A DNA stretch of 15,224 nt from a virus (lineage: Duplodnaviria; Heunggongvirae; Uroviricota; Caudoviricetes): IMG/VR virus record IMGVR_UViG_3300028048_000105; one strand, 5' to 3'. The notes under the pieces are model-generated. The model ran no database searches. It had not been told where the DNA came from and saw nothing but the letters and a program-made list of their open reading frames with translations. Positions 1-8,400 of the stretch are shown one piece after another (the stretch's first letter is position 1; the number at the start of each line of letters is the position of its first letter). The position numbers and the translations under genes were made by a program.

Positions 1-429
1 ATCGAAAATAACCTTTTTCATTTTTGCAGGAGTAATGAAGAACTTGAACTTTTCAACCTGTTTTCAGAACGTCTCAATGTAAAAGATGAAAATGGGAAAC
101 CAAAAAAAATGGATGAATCTGAACTAGAAGACATCATTGAAAAAACTTTTGATTCCTACAGCTGCCAAACTTCCGGATCACAGGGCGCAGGCGCTGTCAT
201 CAGCAATGTAATGACTCGTGTAACAGGCATCCGCTTTTCCTATTACGGAGCTGATCCAAATTGTGACACTTATCCAGCTGTCATTTTCCAAGAAAATTAC
301 CCATGGAACTACAACGAAGAGGAAAAAAGTTTAACGCAAGAAAAACTTAAATTCTTTTGTAAAGAATGCATGGACTCGCTTGGAATTGAAGGAGAACCAG
401 ATTTTCTCAAACAGGAATACTACGGGTAG
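1..429 (+). CDS. Hypothetical protein, 5'-partial
   Basis: Frame 1 is open from base 1 (IENNLFHFCRS...) through the listed ATG at 109 to TAG at 427-429, so the true start probably lies upstream of the window. Confidence 0.7.
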   Translation: MENNLFHFCRSNEELELFNLFSERLNVKDENGKPKKMDESELEDIIEKTFDSYSCQTSGSQGAGAVISNVMTRVTGIRFSYYGADPNCDTYPAVIFQENYPWNYNEEEKSLTQEKLKFFCKECMDSLGIEGEPDFLKQEYYG

Positions 430-441
430 GAGGAAAAACGT

Positions 442-654
442 ATGTTAATCAATGGATACAAATTGTCTGTAGTCTGTGCAAACGATAGTGGCGACGGAAT
501 ATATGGAGATATTTATACAGAAGTTGAGGAATGTCTCCGCGAACATCCAAATACAGAAATTCTGTATGGATTCCATCTGGAAAAAGATGGAGTTGAAACG
601 CCGGATTGGTTCGATACCGCCGAAGAAGCTGTCGCATGGGCGTCATGTGATTAA
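442..654 (+). CDS. Small acidic hypothetical protein (70 aa)
   Basis: RBS AGGAGG just upstream of the ATG; packed directly behind the previous gene. Confidence 0.75.
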   Translation: MLINGYKLSVVCANDSGDGIYGDIYTEVEECLREHPNTEILYGFHLEKDGVETPDWFDTAEEAVAWASCD

Positions 655-673
655 ACACAAGGAGGGAAAACAT

Positions 674-886
674 ATGCTGGTTGGAGATCTTATTTATTCG
701 GATAGTTTCGATGCAAATTGCAATTACGCAGTTTACGACTGTCATAATGGAAAGCAGTGGAGCGAAGCACCCATACTGTTCAGCACTGCAAAGAACGGCT
801 ATGGAAAGCCGTTGGACAAAATTCTCGACATGCATGTCGGATACATTACGATATCAGACAACGTACTCATTATCGAGGCGAAGTAA
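674..886 (+). CDS. Small hypothetical protein (70 aa, MLVGDLIYSD...)
   Basis: RBS AAGGAGG at about 659-665 precedes ATG 674; the longer 476 start in the ORF track overlaps the upstream gene and lacks an RBS. Confidence 0.7.
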   Translation: MLVGDLIYSDSFDANCNYAVYDCHNGKQWSEAPILFSTAKNGYGKPLDKILDMHVGYITISDNVLIIEAK

Positions 887-890
887 GGAA

Positions 891-928
891 AGAAAAAGAA
901 AGTCTGGGATACAGGCTTTCTTTTTTTT
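891..928. terminator. Bidirectional intrinsic terminator between convergent genes
   Basis: Stem agaaagtctg (897-906) / caggctttct (912-921), with an A-rich run on the left and an 8-T run on the right. Confidence 0.85.
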
Positions 929-931
929 GTG

Positions 932-2314
932 TTAAATAAGTTTCTGTGCGAGGGAAAGAAGTTCATCCCGATTGTTTGTTACCGTTTCGTTAATGACCGC
1001 TTCAAGCATCTGCTGCAGGATAGCACCGATCTTCTTTCCCGGTTTTAGGCCAAGTTCTTTCATCAGATCTTTTCCATTAACCGCCAGATCTTTCAAAGAA
1101 AAGCACGTCTCCTCAGCCACTAATTCATCACGAATTTTCAATACCTCTGGAATATCCGTAAACCAGTTTTTTGGCGGTTCTGACGGGAAAATGTGGTCAT
1201 CGAAATCTGCTTTCTTTAAAACAGCCCAGTCATCGAGGAAATCCGCTCCATGAGCAGCGATGAATCTTTTTACGGATTTTCTTGACGACGAAATTGATTT
1301 GTCGTGCGTTTTCACAAGCGCGACGATACGGTCATATTCTTCCGTCTTTAACCCCTTAAAATCCGTTTTCAGAACTCCCTTTGCAATCTCCGCGGATACT
1401 GCCGGATGCCCGTAAAAATGACCATGTCCGTTCTCATCTTCCATGTAGCTGTCCGGCTTTCCAATATCGTGAAGCAGTGCTGCCATCTTAATCTCAAATT
1501 TTGTGGTCTGGCACAGATCTGTTACAGCGAGCAGATGCTCGTACACATCATGTTTATGGTATCTGTTGTTCTGATTGAAATGTACGCACGACTTTAATTC
1601 CGGAATAAGGCAGGTAATTACATCTGCATATTCCACAAAAACTCTGGAAACCGGTTTATCCATACTCAGGATTTTCCTAAATTCCATAAGGATACGTTCT
1701 TTTGAAACGTTCTGCAGCATTCCAAGGTTCTCATGGATTGCTTCCGTCGTTTTCCCATCAAAATCTGCCCCATAGCGGATTGCAAATCGAAGTGCCCGGA
1801 CAATCCGAAGCCCGTCCTCCTGAAAGCGCTCGAAAGGGTCTCCAACACATTTAATGATGCCGTTCTGTAGGTCGCTGATGCCGTTGAATGGGTCAATGAC
1901 CGTTTCGGACTGCAGATCGTAAGCCATCGCATTGATCGTAAAGTCTCTTCTGGAAAGATCCTTATTTATCTCCTTCTCAAATACGATCTTACCCGGATGT
2001 CGGCCATCGGTATATTCTCTTTCTGACCGGAAGCTCGTAATTTCGTAGGAATTCCCTCTTACATCCGCAATGACTGTACCAAAGTCGATCCCCGGTGCAT
2101 GGAACGGAATCTGCCCGTCCTGCAAAATCTGAATGACCCGCGCCGGAACAGCATTTGTACATAAATCGTAGTCGTGTGGTGCTGTTCCGGCTACAGCATC
2201 CCTCACACAGCCCCCAACGGGATACAGTTGATATCCTGATGCGGTAAACACCTGATATAGCCGGTCAATATCTTCCAGCGTGCAGACATCCGGTATTAAT
2301 TCTTCTTTTTTCAT
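932..2314 (-). CDS. cca: Class II CCA-adding tRNA nucleotidyltransferase with HD domain (460 aa)
   Basis: Motifs VGGCVRD, HDYD (DxD), RRDFTINAMA, EDGLRIVRALRF; HD signature ALLHDIGKP; RBS GAAAGGAG. Confidence 0.92.
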   Translation of the reverse strand: MKKEELIPDVCTLEDIDRLYQVFTASGYQLYPVGGCVRDAVAGTAPHDYDLCTNAVPARVIQILQDGQIPFHAPGIDFGTVIADVRGNSYEITSFRSEREYTDGRHPGKIVFEKEINKDLSRRDFTINAMAYDLQSETVIDPFNGISDLQNGIIKCVGDPFERFQEDGLRIVRALRFAIRYGADFDGKTTEAIHENLGMLQNVSKERILMEFRKILSMDKPVSRVFVEYADVITCLIPELKSCVHFNQNNRYHKHDVYEHLLAVTDLCQTTKFEIKMAALLHDIGKPDSYMEDENGHGHFYGHPAVSAEIAKGVLKTDFKGLKTEEYDRIVALVKTHDKSISSSRKSVKRFIAAHGADFLDDWAVLKKADFDDHIFPSEPPKNWFTDIPEVLKIRDELVAEETCFSLKDLAVNGKDLMKELGLKPGKKIGAILQQMLEAVINETVTNNRDELLSLAQKLI

Positions 2315-2347
2315 ATTTTCTCTTTCTCCTTTCGCAAAAAAAATCTC

Positions 2348-2365
2348 TACATTTTTAATATGAAA
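2348..2365 (-). promoter_or_regulatory. Conserved cassette motif copy A (TTTCATATT-N5-TGTA)
   Basis: Minus strand tttcatatt-aaaaa-tgta, 34 bp upstream of the cca ATG, between a terminator and the RBS. Confidence 0.75.
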
Positions 2366-2368
2366 TAC

Positions 2369-2399
2369 AAAAAAAAGACACAGCCGAAGCCGTGCCTTT
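2369..2399 (-). terminator. Intrinsic terminator A (cUUCGg loop)
   Basis: Minus strand ggcacggc-ttcg-gctgtgtc followed by 8 T. Confidence 0.9.
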
Positions 2400-2438
2400 A
2401 TCCTGTTTATTTTCTTAATGAAATCATCGTTTCATAGG

Positions 2439-2624
2439 TTATTCGATTTCTTCGTGTATCATAAGAGAATATCCATCCCATAATTCTACATCAATAACCT
2501 TTGACAATTCTTTATACAATTCGGGATGATTTATCTTAATATTTTGAATAGCTGCTATAACTGGTTCGTTTCTATCACCCTTAATTGCAATTTTATTTAT
2601 TGCATTTACTTTACTTGCCTTCAT
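2439..2624 (-). CDS. Small hypothetical protein (61 aa), low-GC segment
   Basis: RBS GAGGT before the ATG; co-oriented with neighbours. Confidence 0.65.
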   Translation of the reverse strand: MKASKVNAINKIAIKGDRNEPVIAAIQNIKINHPELYKELSKVIDVELWDGYSLMIHEEIE

Positions 2625-2659
2625 ATTGTTTACCTCTTTCCGAGTAAATCCTCATTTCA

Positions 2660-2938
2660 TCAAATTTTATACTTTGCAACCGCATCTTCCCAATTGGCAA
2701 TGATACAGATTTTGTCAATTTCTTTAGCAATTTGCTCTATTTGTTTTGCCGTATTACCAAACGTATCTTTAAGACCTCGACCGAAAGCTAGTTGTATATC
2801 ATCCAAAGTCTTTTCCTTTTTTAATTTAAGATTGTATCGTCTGAGAAGATGTGGTAATTTTTCTTTATGGATAATTCCATAATGATTATCCCATTCCAAC
2901 CATAAGGATTCTGCAAATAATTCTTGTGATAATCGCAT
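2660..2938 (-). CDS. Hypothetical protein (92 aa), low-GC segment
   Basis: RBS GGAGG before the ATG. Confidence 0.75.
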   Translation of the reverse strand: MRLSQELFAESLWLEWDNHYGIIHKEKLPHLLRRYNLKLKKEKTLDDIQLAFGRGLKDTFGNTAKQIEQIAKEIDKICIIANWEDAVAKYKI

Positions 2939-2993
2939 ATTATATCCTCCATTCTTCCAAAGAAACTCTTGTTTTCTTACTTATACAAAAATT

Positions 2994-3041
2994 TCAAGAC
3001 CGAGGAGGTTTTTCGATGATTTTTATTTTCTTTTTTCGCAT
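2994..3041 (-). CDS. 15-aa micro-ORF MRKKKIKIIEKPPRS (peptide or gene stub)
   Basis: Follows motif copy B and a full GAAAGGAG RBS at the usual spacing; translated by hand, TGA at 2994-2996; below the ORF-track cutoff. Confidence 0.45.
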   Translation of the reverse strand: MRKKKIKIIEKPPRS

Positions 3042-3080
3042 AGTCTCTTTTTCTCCTTTCGCTTTTGAAATAGTTTTATT

Positions 3081-3098
3081 TACACTACTAATATGAAA
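3081..3098 (-). promoter_or_regulatory. Conserved cassette motif copy B
   Basis: Minus strand tttcatatt-agtag-tgta, 40 bp upstream of ATG 3041. Confidence 0.75.
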
Positions 3099-3137
3099 CA
3101 AAATTTCCGCACTAACCGCTTAAGATGGAAAGGCAAC

Positions 3138-3168
3138 AAAAAAAGAGAAACCCACAGGTTCCTCTTTT
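3138..3168 (-). terminator. Intrinsic terminator B
   Basis: Minus strand agaggaacc-tgtg-ggtttctct plus T-run, immediately after the stop at 3172. Confidence 0.85.
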
Positions 3169-3171
3169 CTC

Positions 3172-3755
3172 TTATTTCTTCGTAATTGCATCTCCGTTTT
3201 TCGTAATTAAATCTCCGATATTCGATATTACGGTACGGAACGAATATTCCTTGAAAATTTTCCGTGCTCTTTCCACGCGCTCTTTGGATACGCCCCCAAA
3301 TCCGTTCATGGAATGCAGGAAATTTTCCACATTGTCCTGATATTCACATTTATTGAAAGAAATAATCACAACAGTCGTAAGATCGTGTCCAAACGGATCC
3401 TTAACCGTTTCCGTTGTAAAATCCACAATCCCACACGCCGTACTTCCCGGGGTTTTTCTGTCAGCCAGAACTCCCCTGTCAGCTTTGCATCCGGAACGTA
3501 GTTCTGCACTTCCTCTTTTCCCATGCCCTCTCCTGTAAGGTAATAAGCATGGATTATGACAGGAAGACCGAGACTTTTCATATTCTCCATAACAAGTCCT
3601 GCCTGTGGAACTGCATTAACAGCATTCAGGATGTCTTCCGCAACGCAGATCCGCGGAACTGTCTCATCTTCTCCCGGACACCGCTGACGCGGCACCCGGG
3701 GAGCAAATTCGTCCACAATATCGAAAGAGATATGGATTCCATTAATTTCTGACAT
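3172..3755 (-). pseudogene. Probable single gene split by a frameshift near 3426-3435; N-terminal part ADP-ribosyltransferase-like (tentative)
   Basis: ORFs 3366-3755 and 3172-3426 overlap by 61 nt in different frames; the second begins at a GTG with no clear RBS; the first has RBS AAGGAG. Motifs HxS, FxPRxP, ED..PRIC, TGEFW suggest an ART-like fold. Confidence 0.55.
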
Positions 3756-3765
3756 ATCGTTCTCC

Positions 3766-5826
3766 TTATTTTATCATTTCCAGAAACTCGTCTTCCGAAA
3801 CAACTGGCACTCCAAGTTCTTTTGCTTTCTTGTTCTTTCCTGATGTACTCTCTACATCGTTGTTGATCAGGTACGAAGTGTTCTTTGACACCGAACCAGA
3901 AGTCTTTCCTCCAAGTTCCTCAATCTTTGTCACCAGTGCATCCCGGTTTGCGAAATGCTTCAACTTTCCGGTAATTACAAATGTTTTTCCGGCAAGGGGA
4001 GCTGCATCCACTGACGATTCCCTCGGAACCTGGATTTCCACTTCTTTAAGCAGGTGGCAAACCTCCAGATTAATAAACGGATATACCCGGTCATAGCAGT
4101 CTCCAAATGGGATGTATCTCAGATACTCATTCCCCCACCTCCAAAGGTTGTCGTTTAAAACTTCCCCGATACCTTCAATGTGGGTAAAGTCATGCCTTTG
4201 GAATACATCAACGAAAAACTTCTCAACATCTCCATTATATTCCTTGTCAAACAGTTTTGCCTGCCCTTTCCCGATATTAGGGATACCGAGGGAATGGATG
4301 AATGGAACAAAGGAAGTCATACGGCTTTTCTCAACGGAGTCGATCAGGTTGTCGTATGATTTTTGTCCAAAGCCTTCCATCGAAACGATCTGGTCCTTAT
4401 ACCGGTCAAGGTGGTATAGATCCGCAAACTCACGGATAAATCCATACTCGATAAATTTCTGCAGTGTCGCTTCCGACAATCCCTTGATGTTCATGCAATC
4501 ACGCTCTACGAAATGTACAAACTTCTTGACGTGTTTTGCAGGGCATTCCGGGTTCATACACATGGCAACCTCTACAAGTTTATTTTTGCCGGTAATTCTT
4601 GGCTCAGTTTCCTGTCCACAGCACGGGCAGTACACAGGATGAGATTCTGCGTAAGTAAGCTTGTTTCCCGGAGTAAGGTTAGCTGCCACCTGTGGGATGA
4701 TCTTATTGGCCTTGTAGACCGAGATCGTATCACCAACACGCAGTCGTTTCTCTTTTAATATAGAAACGTTGTGCAGCGATGCTCTTGTGACCTCAGTACC
4801 TTCCAGATGGACCGGATCAAACACTGCAACAGGATTGATAAGACCTGTCCTTGATGGACTCCATTCAATTTCTCGGAGTACAGTCTCGACTTCCTCATCC
4901 TTCCACTTCAGTGCATAACCTACAAGTGGATCTGGGTGATGCCCGGTTCCCAGCAAGGACTCGGCGTATCTGACATCATCAGATGCCACAACAAGACCAT
5001 CCACCGGATACTCAAACTGTGGTACCGCGTCGGAAAATCCGTTCATCACATCGATCAGATCACAGTTACTGTCTCCGTAAAGGCGGTATACTGTATCAAA
5101 TCCAAGTGAATCCAGATAATCTAGGCGTCCCATGAAGGTATCCTGATCCTCTGGCAACGGATCATCCATGTGGACAAGTTTGAACGCAAAGAACTGAATC
5201 TTCCGTTCTCTCATCTCTGCGCTGTCCTGCATAGTGACCGTAGCATTTGCAAGGTTACGTGGATTCGCATACCGGTCTTCCTCATTTGTAATCTCGTTAT
5301 TGATGCGCTCAAATTCGGAGTAAGACATAACAGCTTCTCCACGAGTTACCAGATGCCCCTTATACGGGATCTTCATTGGAATCCCGTTGATGTACGGAAC
5401 ATTATGGGTAATGTCCGAACCGACTTCGCCATTTCCTCGTGTCGCTGCACGAGTAAGTGTTCCATCATCATAAGTAAGAACGATGGTTAAACCATCTAGC
5501 TTCCATGTGACAACTGCCATACCAGCTGCTCTTTTCTTGAATATTTCCGGAAATACGGAAATATCCTTTGTCTTGTCCAGCGACCGTGCAGGAAATTCGT
5601 GTCTGACTTCCAGCAGCTTATCAACTTTGACCGGGGCACCGACTCCCTGTGTCGGTGAATTCGGGTAAACAATACCTTTTTCTTCCTCCATCTTCTTAAG
5701 TCTGTCAAACATGGCATCCCACTCATGATCAGACATAATTGTGTTTCCACCATTGTAATAAGCAGCAGATGCCTCATTCAATGCTTTGATTAATGTCTTC
5801 ATCTCTTTCTTTTTTGTCTCATTCAT
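3766..5826 (-). CDS. ligA: NAD-dependent DNA ligase (686 aa)
   Basis: Adenylation motif KLDG, RGNG..G..IT, RNLA, DGLV, WSPSRTG..NPVAVFDPV, C4 zinc finger (CPCC...C...C), HhH repeats, C-terminal BRCT (GKTFVITG...SVSKNTSYL). Start moved to ATG 5826, which has RBS GAAAGGAG. Confidence 0.96.
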   Translation of the reverse strand: MNETKKKEMKTLIKALNEASAAYYNGGNTIMSDHEWDAMFDRLKKMEEEKGIVYPNSPTQGVGAPVKVDKLLEVRHEFPARSLDKTKDISVFPEIFKKRAAGMAVVTWKLDGLTIVLTYDDGTLTRAATRGNGEVGSDITHNVPYINGIPMKIPYKGHLVTRGEAVMSYSEFERINNEITNEEDRYANPRNLANATVTMQDSAEMRERKIQFFAFKLVHMDDPLPEDQDTFMGRLDYLDSLGFDTVYRLYGDSNCDLIDVMNGFSDAVPQFEYPVDGLVVASDDVRYAESLLGTGHHPDPLVGYALKWKDEEVETVLREIEWSPSRTGLINPVAVFDPVHLEGTEVTRASLHNVSILKEKRLRVGDTISVYKANKIIPQVAANLTPGNKLTYAESHPVYCPCCGQETEPRITGKNKLVEVAMCMNPECPAKHVKKFVHFVERDCMNIKGLSEATLQKFIEYGFIREFADLYHLDRYKDQIVSMEGFGQKSYDNLIDSVEKSRMTSFVPFIHSLGIPNIGKGQAKLFDKEYNGDVEKFFVDVFQRHDFTHIEGIGEVLNDNLWRWGNEYLRYIPFGDCYDRVYPFINLEVCHLLKEVEIQVPRESSVDAAPLAGKTFVITGKLKHFANRDALVTKIEELGGKTSGSVSKNTSYLINNDVESTSGKNKKAKELGVPVVSEDEFLEMIK

Positions 5827-5861
5827 TATTTTTTCTCCTTTCATTGGCTTAAAATTTTGTT

Positions 5862-5879
5862 TACACCTACAATATGAAA
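5862..5879 (-). promoter_or_regulatory. Conserved cassette motif copy C
   Basis: Minus strand tttcatatt-gtagg-tgta, 36 bp upstream of the ligA ATG. Confidence 0.75.
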
Positions 5880-5882
5880 CAC

Positions 5883-5912
5883 AAAAAAAAGACACAGCCG
5901 AAGCCATGTCTT
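5883..5912 (-). terminator. Intrinsic terminator C (cUUCGg loop), near-copy of terminator A
   Basis: Minus strand gacatggc-ttcg-gctgtgtc followed by 8 T. Confidence 0.9.
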
Positions 5913-5926
5913 AAAAGATGAGTCCA

Positions 5927-6259
5927 TTACTTGAATTCGATGTACTCATCCTCTGTTTCCTTAAACTCGTTGATGAGCTTAAGGAGTTCTTCCTCTGTGA
6001 CAATTTCATAATCGCCACAGCTATACCCGGATTCGAAGCGGCAATCATCACCTTCGTAATGATCGTTGAAGCCGCCGCATACCGGGCAAAACGGAAAATC
6101 TGCTGTAGTACCGTAAGATACCTCCCAGTTTCCGTCTTCCTGCCGGGTATAGTCGGTCCAGAATCCATAGCAGCCACCGTTGCTGGATTTCTCGGACTCG
6201 TGTTGCGAATAGTCGCAGAAACGGACTCTTGCGACTCCATTCAATTCTTCTTTTTTCAT
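5927..6259 (-). CDS. Acidic hypothetical protein with CPVCG motif (110 aa)
   Basis: RBS GAAAGGAG; own motif copy and terminator; starts MKKEEL. Confidence 0.85.
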   Translation of the reverse strand: MKKEELNGVARVRFCDYSQHESEKSSNGGCYGFWTDYTRQEDGNWEVSYGTTADFPFCPVCGGFNDHYEGDDCRFESGYSCGDYEIVTEEELLKLINEFKETEDEYIEFK

Positions 6260-6288
6260 ATATTTTCTCCTTTCGAATGCGTTTTGTT

Positions 6289-6306
6289 TACACCTTTAAT
6301 ATGAAA
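6289..6306 (-). promoter_or_regulatory. Conserved cassette motif copy D
   Basis: Minus strand tttcatatt-aaagg-tgta, 30 bp upstream of ATG 6259. Confidence 0.75.
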
Positions 6307-6418
6307 CAAAAAAAAGTTTTCCCATTGGACCCTCTTTTTCTCATTTTACAGTAACCATCTTCTTCCCACAACCACCAAATGTGTTTTTGTATTACATCTC
6401 TGCCATCCACGCACACAC

Positions 6419-6449
6419 AAAAAAGAAGAACCCCAAAAGGCTCTTCTTT
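6419..6449 (-). terminator. Intrinsic terminator D
   Basis: Minus strand agaagagcc-ttttgg-ggttcttct plus T-run, just after the stop at 6456. Confidence 0.85.
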
Positions 6450-6455
6450 CTCTTC

Positions 6456-7601
6456 TTACTTCTGCGTCGTTCCCCTCAACAGGATCGTTGTCTGCGGCGC
6501 CTGGTCACCCGTTTTCTGTAAACACTTACGGTGCCGCACGGACTCTTTGAATGGAACGAGCTTCCCGCTCTTCATGCGGCGCACACCGCCACGGGCAGTC
6601 CATACAGCTGTTTTGTAGTGGACGATGGAATTTGCGGATGGCAGTCTCGGCGGTTTTTGGGAAGTCATCTTGATACCGCCTACAGTACGAACAATTTTCT
6701 TGATCTCTTTCTCATCGCCTGCCTCTGTTTTCCTTGTTGCACCAGAAACGTTTCGTCCACTCCGGACAGCCTTTGGCTTGTTAAGCCACAACTCCTGATT
6801 GGAAAGCATGATAAAGTGGGTAAAGATCTTCGAAAGCTCATAGCAGCTGTTGCTTCCCTTTAAGGAAAGATTCTGCTTTTCGCCTGCCTCGGCATTCGCG
6901 ATGAATTTGTTCCAAATTTCTCTTTCCTTCTCTGACCACGAAAAACTGTCCATAGGCAAAAGACGGTATATTTTAGAATATTCCCGGCAGTTATTCAGCT
7001 GCACGTTGACACCGCCTGAAACGGTAACGTAGCGGATGGTATCTACGGTATACCGCTCCCGGACCTTGTCAGCATCCCAGAACTGGTAATGCACATCTGT
7101 ACTTACTCCCATCTGCCAGACACTGCCTATCCGGTTGTAATCGCAGATAAACACATCCATGGCACTCTCTGTCGTGTCAACCTTTGCAACCTTCCAGTAC
7201 ACATACCGGTCTGTATTAAGCTGCATGGCACCCTCTGAAAAACACGGGATATAGCAGTACCAGTAATTGCTATACAGGAATTCACTCGTAAGGCGTTTCC
7301 CGTCAATATCCGGGATACGGTTCTTCTCATCTGCTCTCCCTTTGTACTTTTCGTAGGTACACAGGCTGCGCAGATCAATCCGGTTTTTTGTCTTGATCTC
7401 TGCGCGGGACATCGCAATTCCTGCACGTACCAAAGCGTCGTTGTATTCCCAGAGCAGTTCCCGTCCGGTACTTGCCATATCCAGAAGCTGGGACTCATTT
7501 TGGATGCCAAATCGTTTTGCCACCATCGGATTAATCCCGACACCATCAAGCATGCCCGGGAATACCATACGTGAGGCGTCCGGATTCTTTTCATTCCTCA
7601 T
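6456..7601 (-). CDS. Hypothetical protein (381 aa) with basic C-terminal region
   Basis: Long ORF with RBS GAAAGGAG; C-terminal WTARGGVRRMKSGK is reminiscent of basic RGHxR-type segments in phage proteins; no family assigned. Confidence 0.85.
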   Translation of the reverse strand: MRNEKNPDASRMVFPGMLDGVGINPMVAKRFGIQNESQLLDMASTGRELLWEYNDALVRAGIAMSRAEIKTKNRIDLRSLCTYEKYKGRADEKNRIPDIDGKRLTSEFLYSNYWYCYIPCFSEGAMQLNTDRYVYWKVAKVDTTESAMDVFICDYNRIGSVWQMGVSTDVHYQFWDADKVRERYTVDTIRYVTVSGGVNVQLNNCREYSKIYRLLPMDSFSWSEKEREIWNKFIANAEAGEKQNLSLKGSNSCYELSKIFTHFIMLSNQELWLNKPKAVRSGRNVSGATRKTEAGDEKEIKKIVRTVGGIKMTSQKPPRLPSANSIVHYKTAVWTARGGVRRMKSGKLVPFKESVRHRKCLQKTGDQAPQTTILLRGTTQK

Positions 7602-7632
7602 ATTATCTCTCCTTTCGGTTCTGAAAAATTGT

Positions 7633-7652
7633 TTTCATAAGGAAATATGAGA
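7633..7652 (-). promoter_or_regulatory. Degenerate cassette motif copy E
   Basis: Minus strand tctcatatt-tcctta-tgaaa at the same position relative to terminator and RBS as the other copies. Confidence 0.55.
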
Positions 7653-7653
7653 C

Positions 7654-7688
7654 AAAAAAAAGAGCCCGCATTTCTGCGAACCCTTTTT
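7654..7688 (-). terminator. Intrinsic terminator E (GAAA loop)
   Basis: Minus strand agggttcgca-gaaa-tgcgggctct plus T-run. Confidence 0.85.
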
Positions 7689-7706
7689 GTGTTTTTTGTT
7701 AAGGTA

Positions 7707-8390
7707 TTACACGGATGGCTTCTTGAGTTCAAAAAGGAATTCAAGCGTCATGTCGCGTGTTAATGTTGCTTTCGTCAGCCGGAGTACATTGACCGGCACG
7801 CCGAATTTCTGGAATTTCTTCTGGGATGCAATGTACTCTGTCGCACAGTCAACATACTTTCGTGTATGTTCCCGCACATCCTTAAGCACATCTTCCTTCT
7901 TAACGTCCGTATACAGGACATACTCGAGACGGATAAAATCGAAGGTATTTGTATCCTTATTCCCAGCTGCTCTATCTATTCTCATTGGTCGAACGTGGCA
8001 GATATATGGAGGCGGCAGTTTCTTGGCAGTCTTTTCCTTTATTTTCCCCAAAATTACCGGAATTTCCTTGTAAAGAGAAACAATGTCATCCATTGTTGCC
8101 CCTTCCTGTATCCGGGATGCCACAGCAGCGAGCTGGTTGCGGTTAATTGGAAATCCACAGGAATCTTCAATCAGCGATGCCGTCCATCGGGTATCTCCCC
8201 AGAAACGTGGAAGTCTTTCCCCTAAATACCGAATAGCATAGTAACCTTCCATCAACTTGCAGGTTTCATAGTCTTCCTTAACTACACCAAGCTCCTGTAA
8301 AAGATCCCGGTTGGAAACAGTCTGTACGAGGGCAAGATCCGAATCATAGTATTTAACAATACCACCTTTGTGGTTCAAAAAATATCTCAT
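7707..8390 (-). CDS. Hypothetical protein (227 aa, MRYFLNHKGG...)
   Basis: GGAGG RBS overlapping the upstream TAG at 8401 places the start at ATG 8390; the 8501 start would overlap the upstream gene by about 100 nt. Confidence 0.8.
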   Translation of the reverse strand: MRYFLNHKGGIVKYYDSDLALVQTVSNRDLLQELGVVKEDYETCKLMEGYYAIRYLGERLPRFWGDTRWTASLIEDSCGFPINRNQLAAVASRIQEGATMDDIVSLYKEIPVILGKIKEKTAKKLPPPYICHVRPMRIDRAAGNKDTNTFDFIRLEYVLYTDVKKEDVLKDVREHTRKYVDCATEYIASQKKFQKFGVPVNVLRLTKATLTRDMTLEFLFELKKPSV

Positions 8391-8400
8391 CCAGAGCCTC

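Noticed and set aside
3172-3755. Stop-codon recoding (alternative genetic code) as the cause of the split gene
   Set aside because: The two parts are in different frames, and other genes end normally at TAA, TAG or TGA next to terminators or downstream RBSs.
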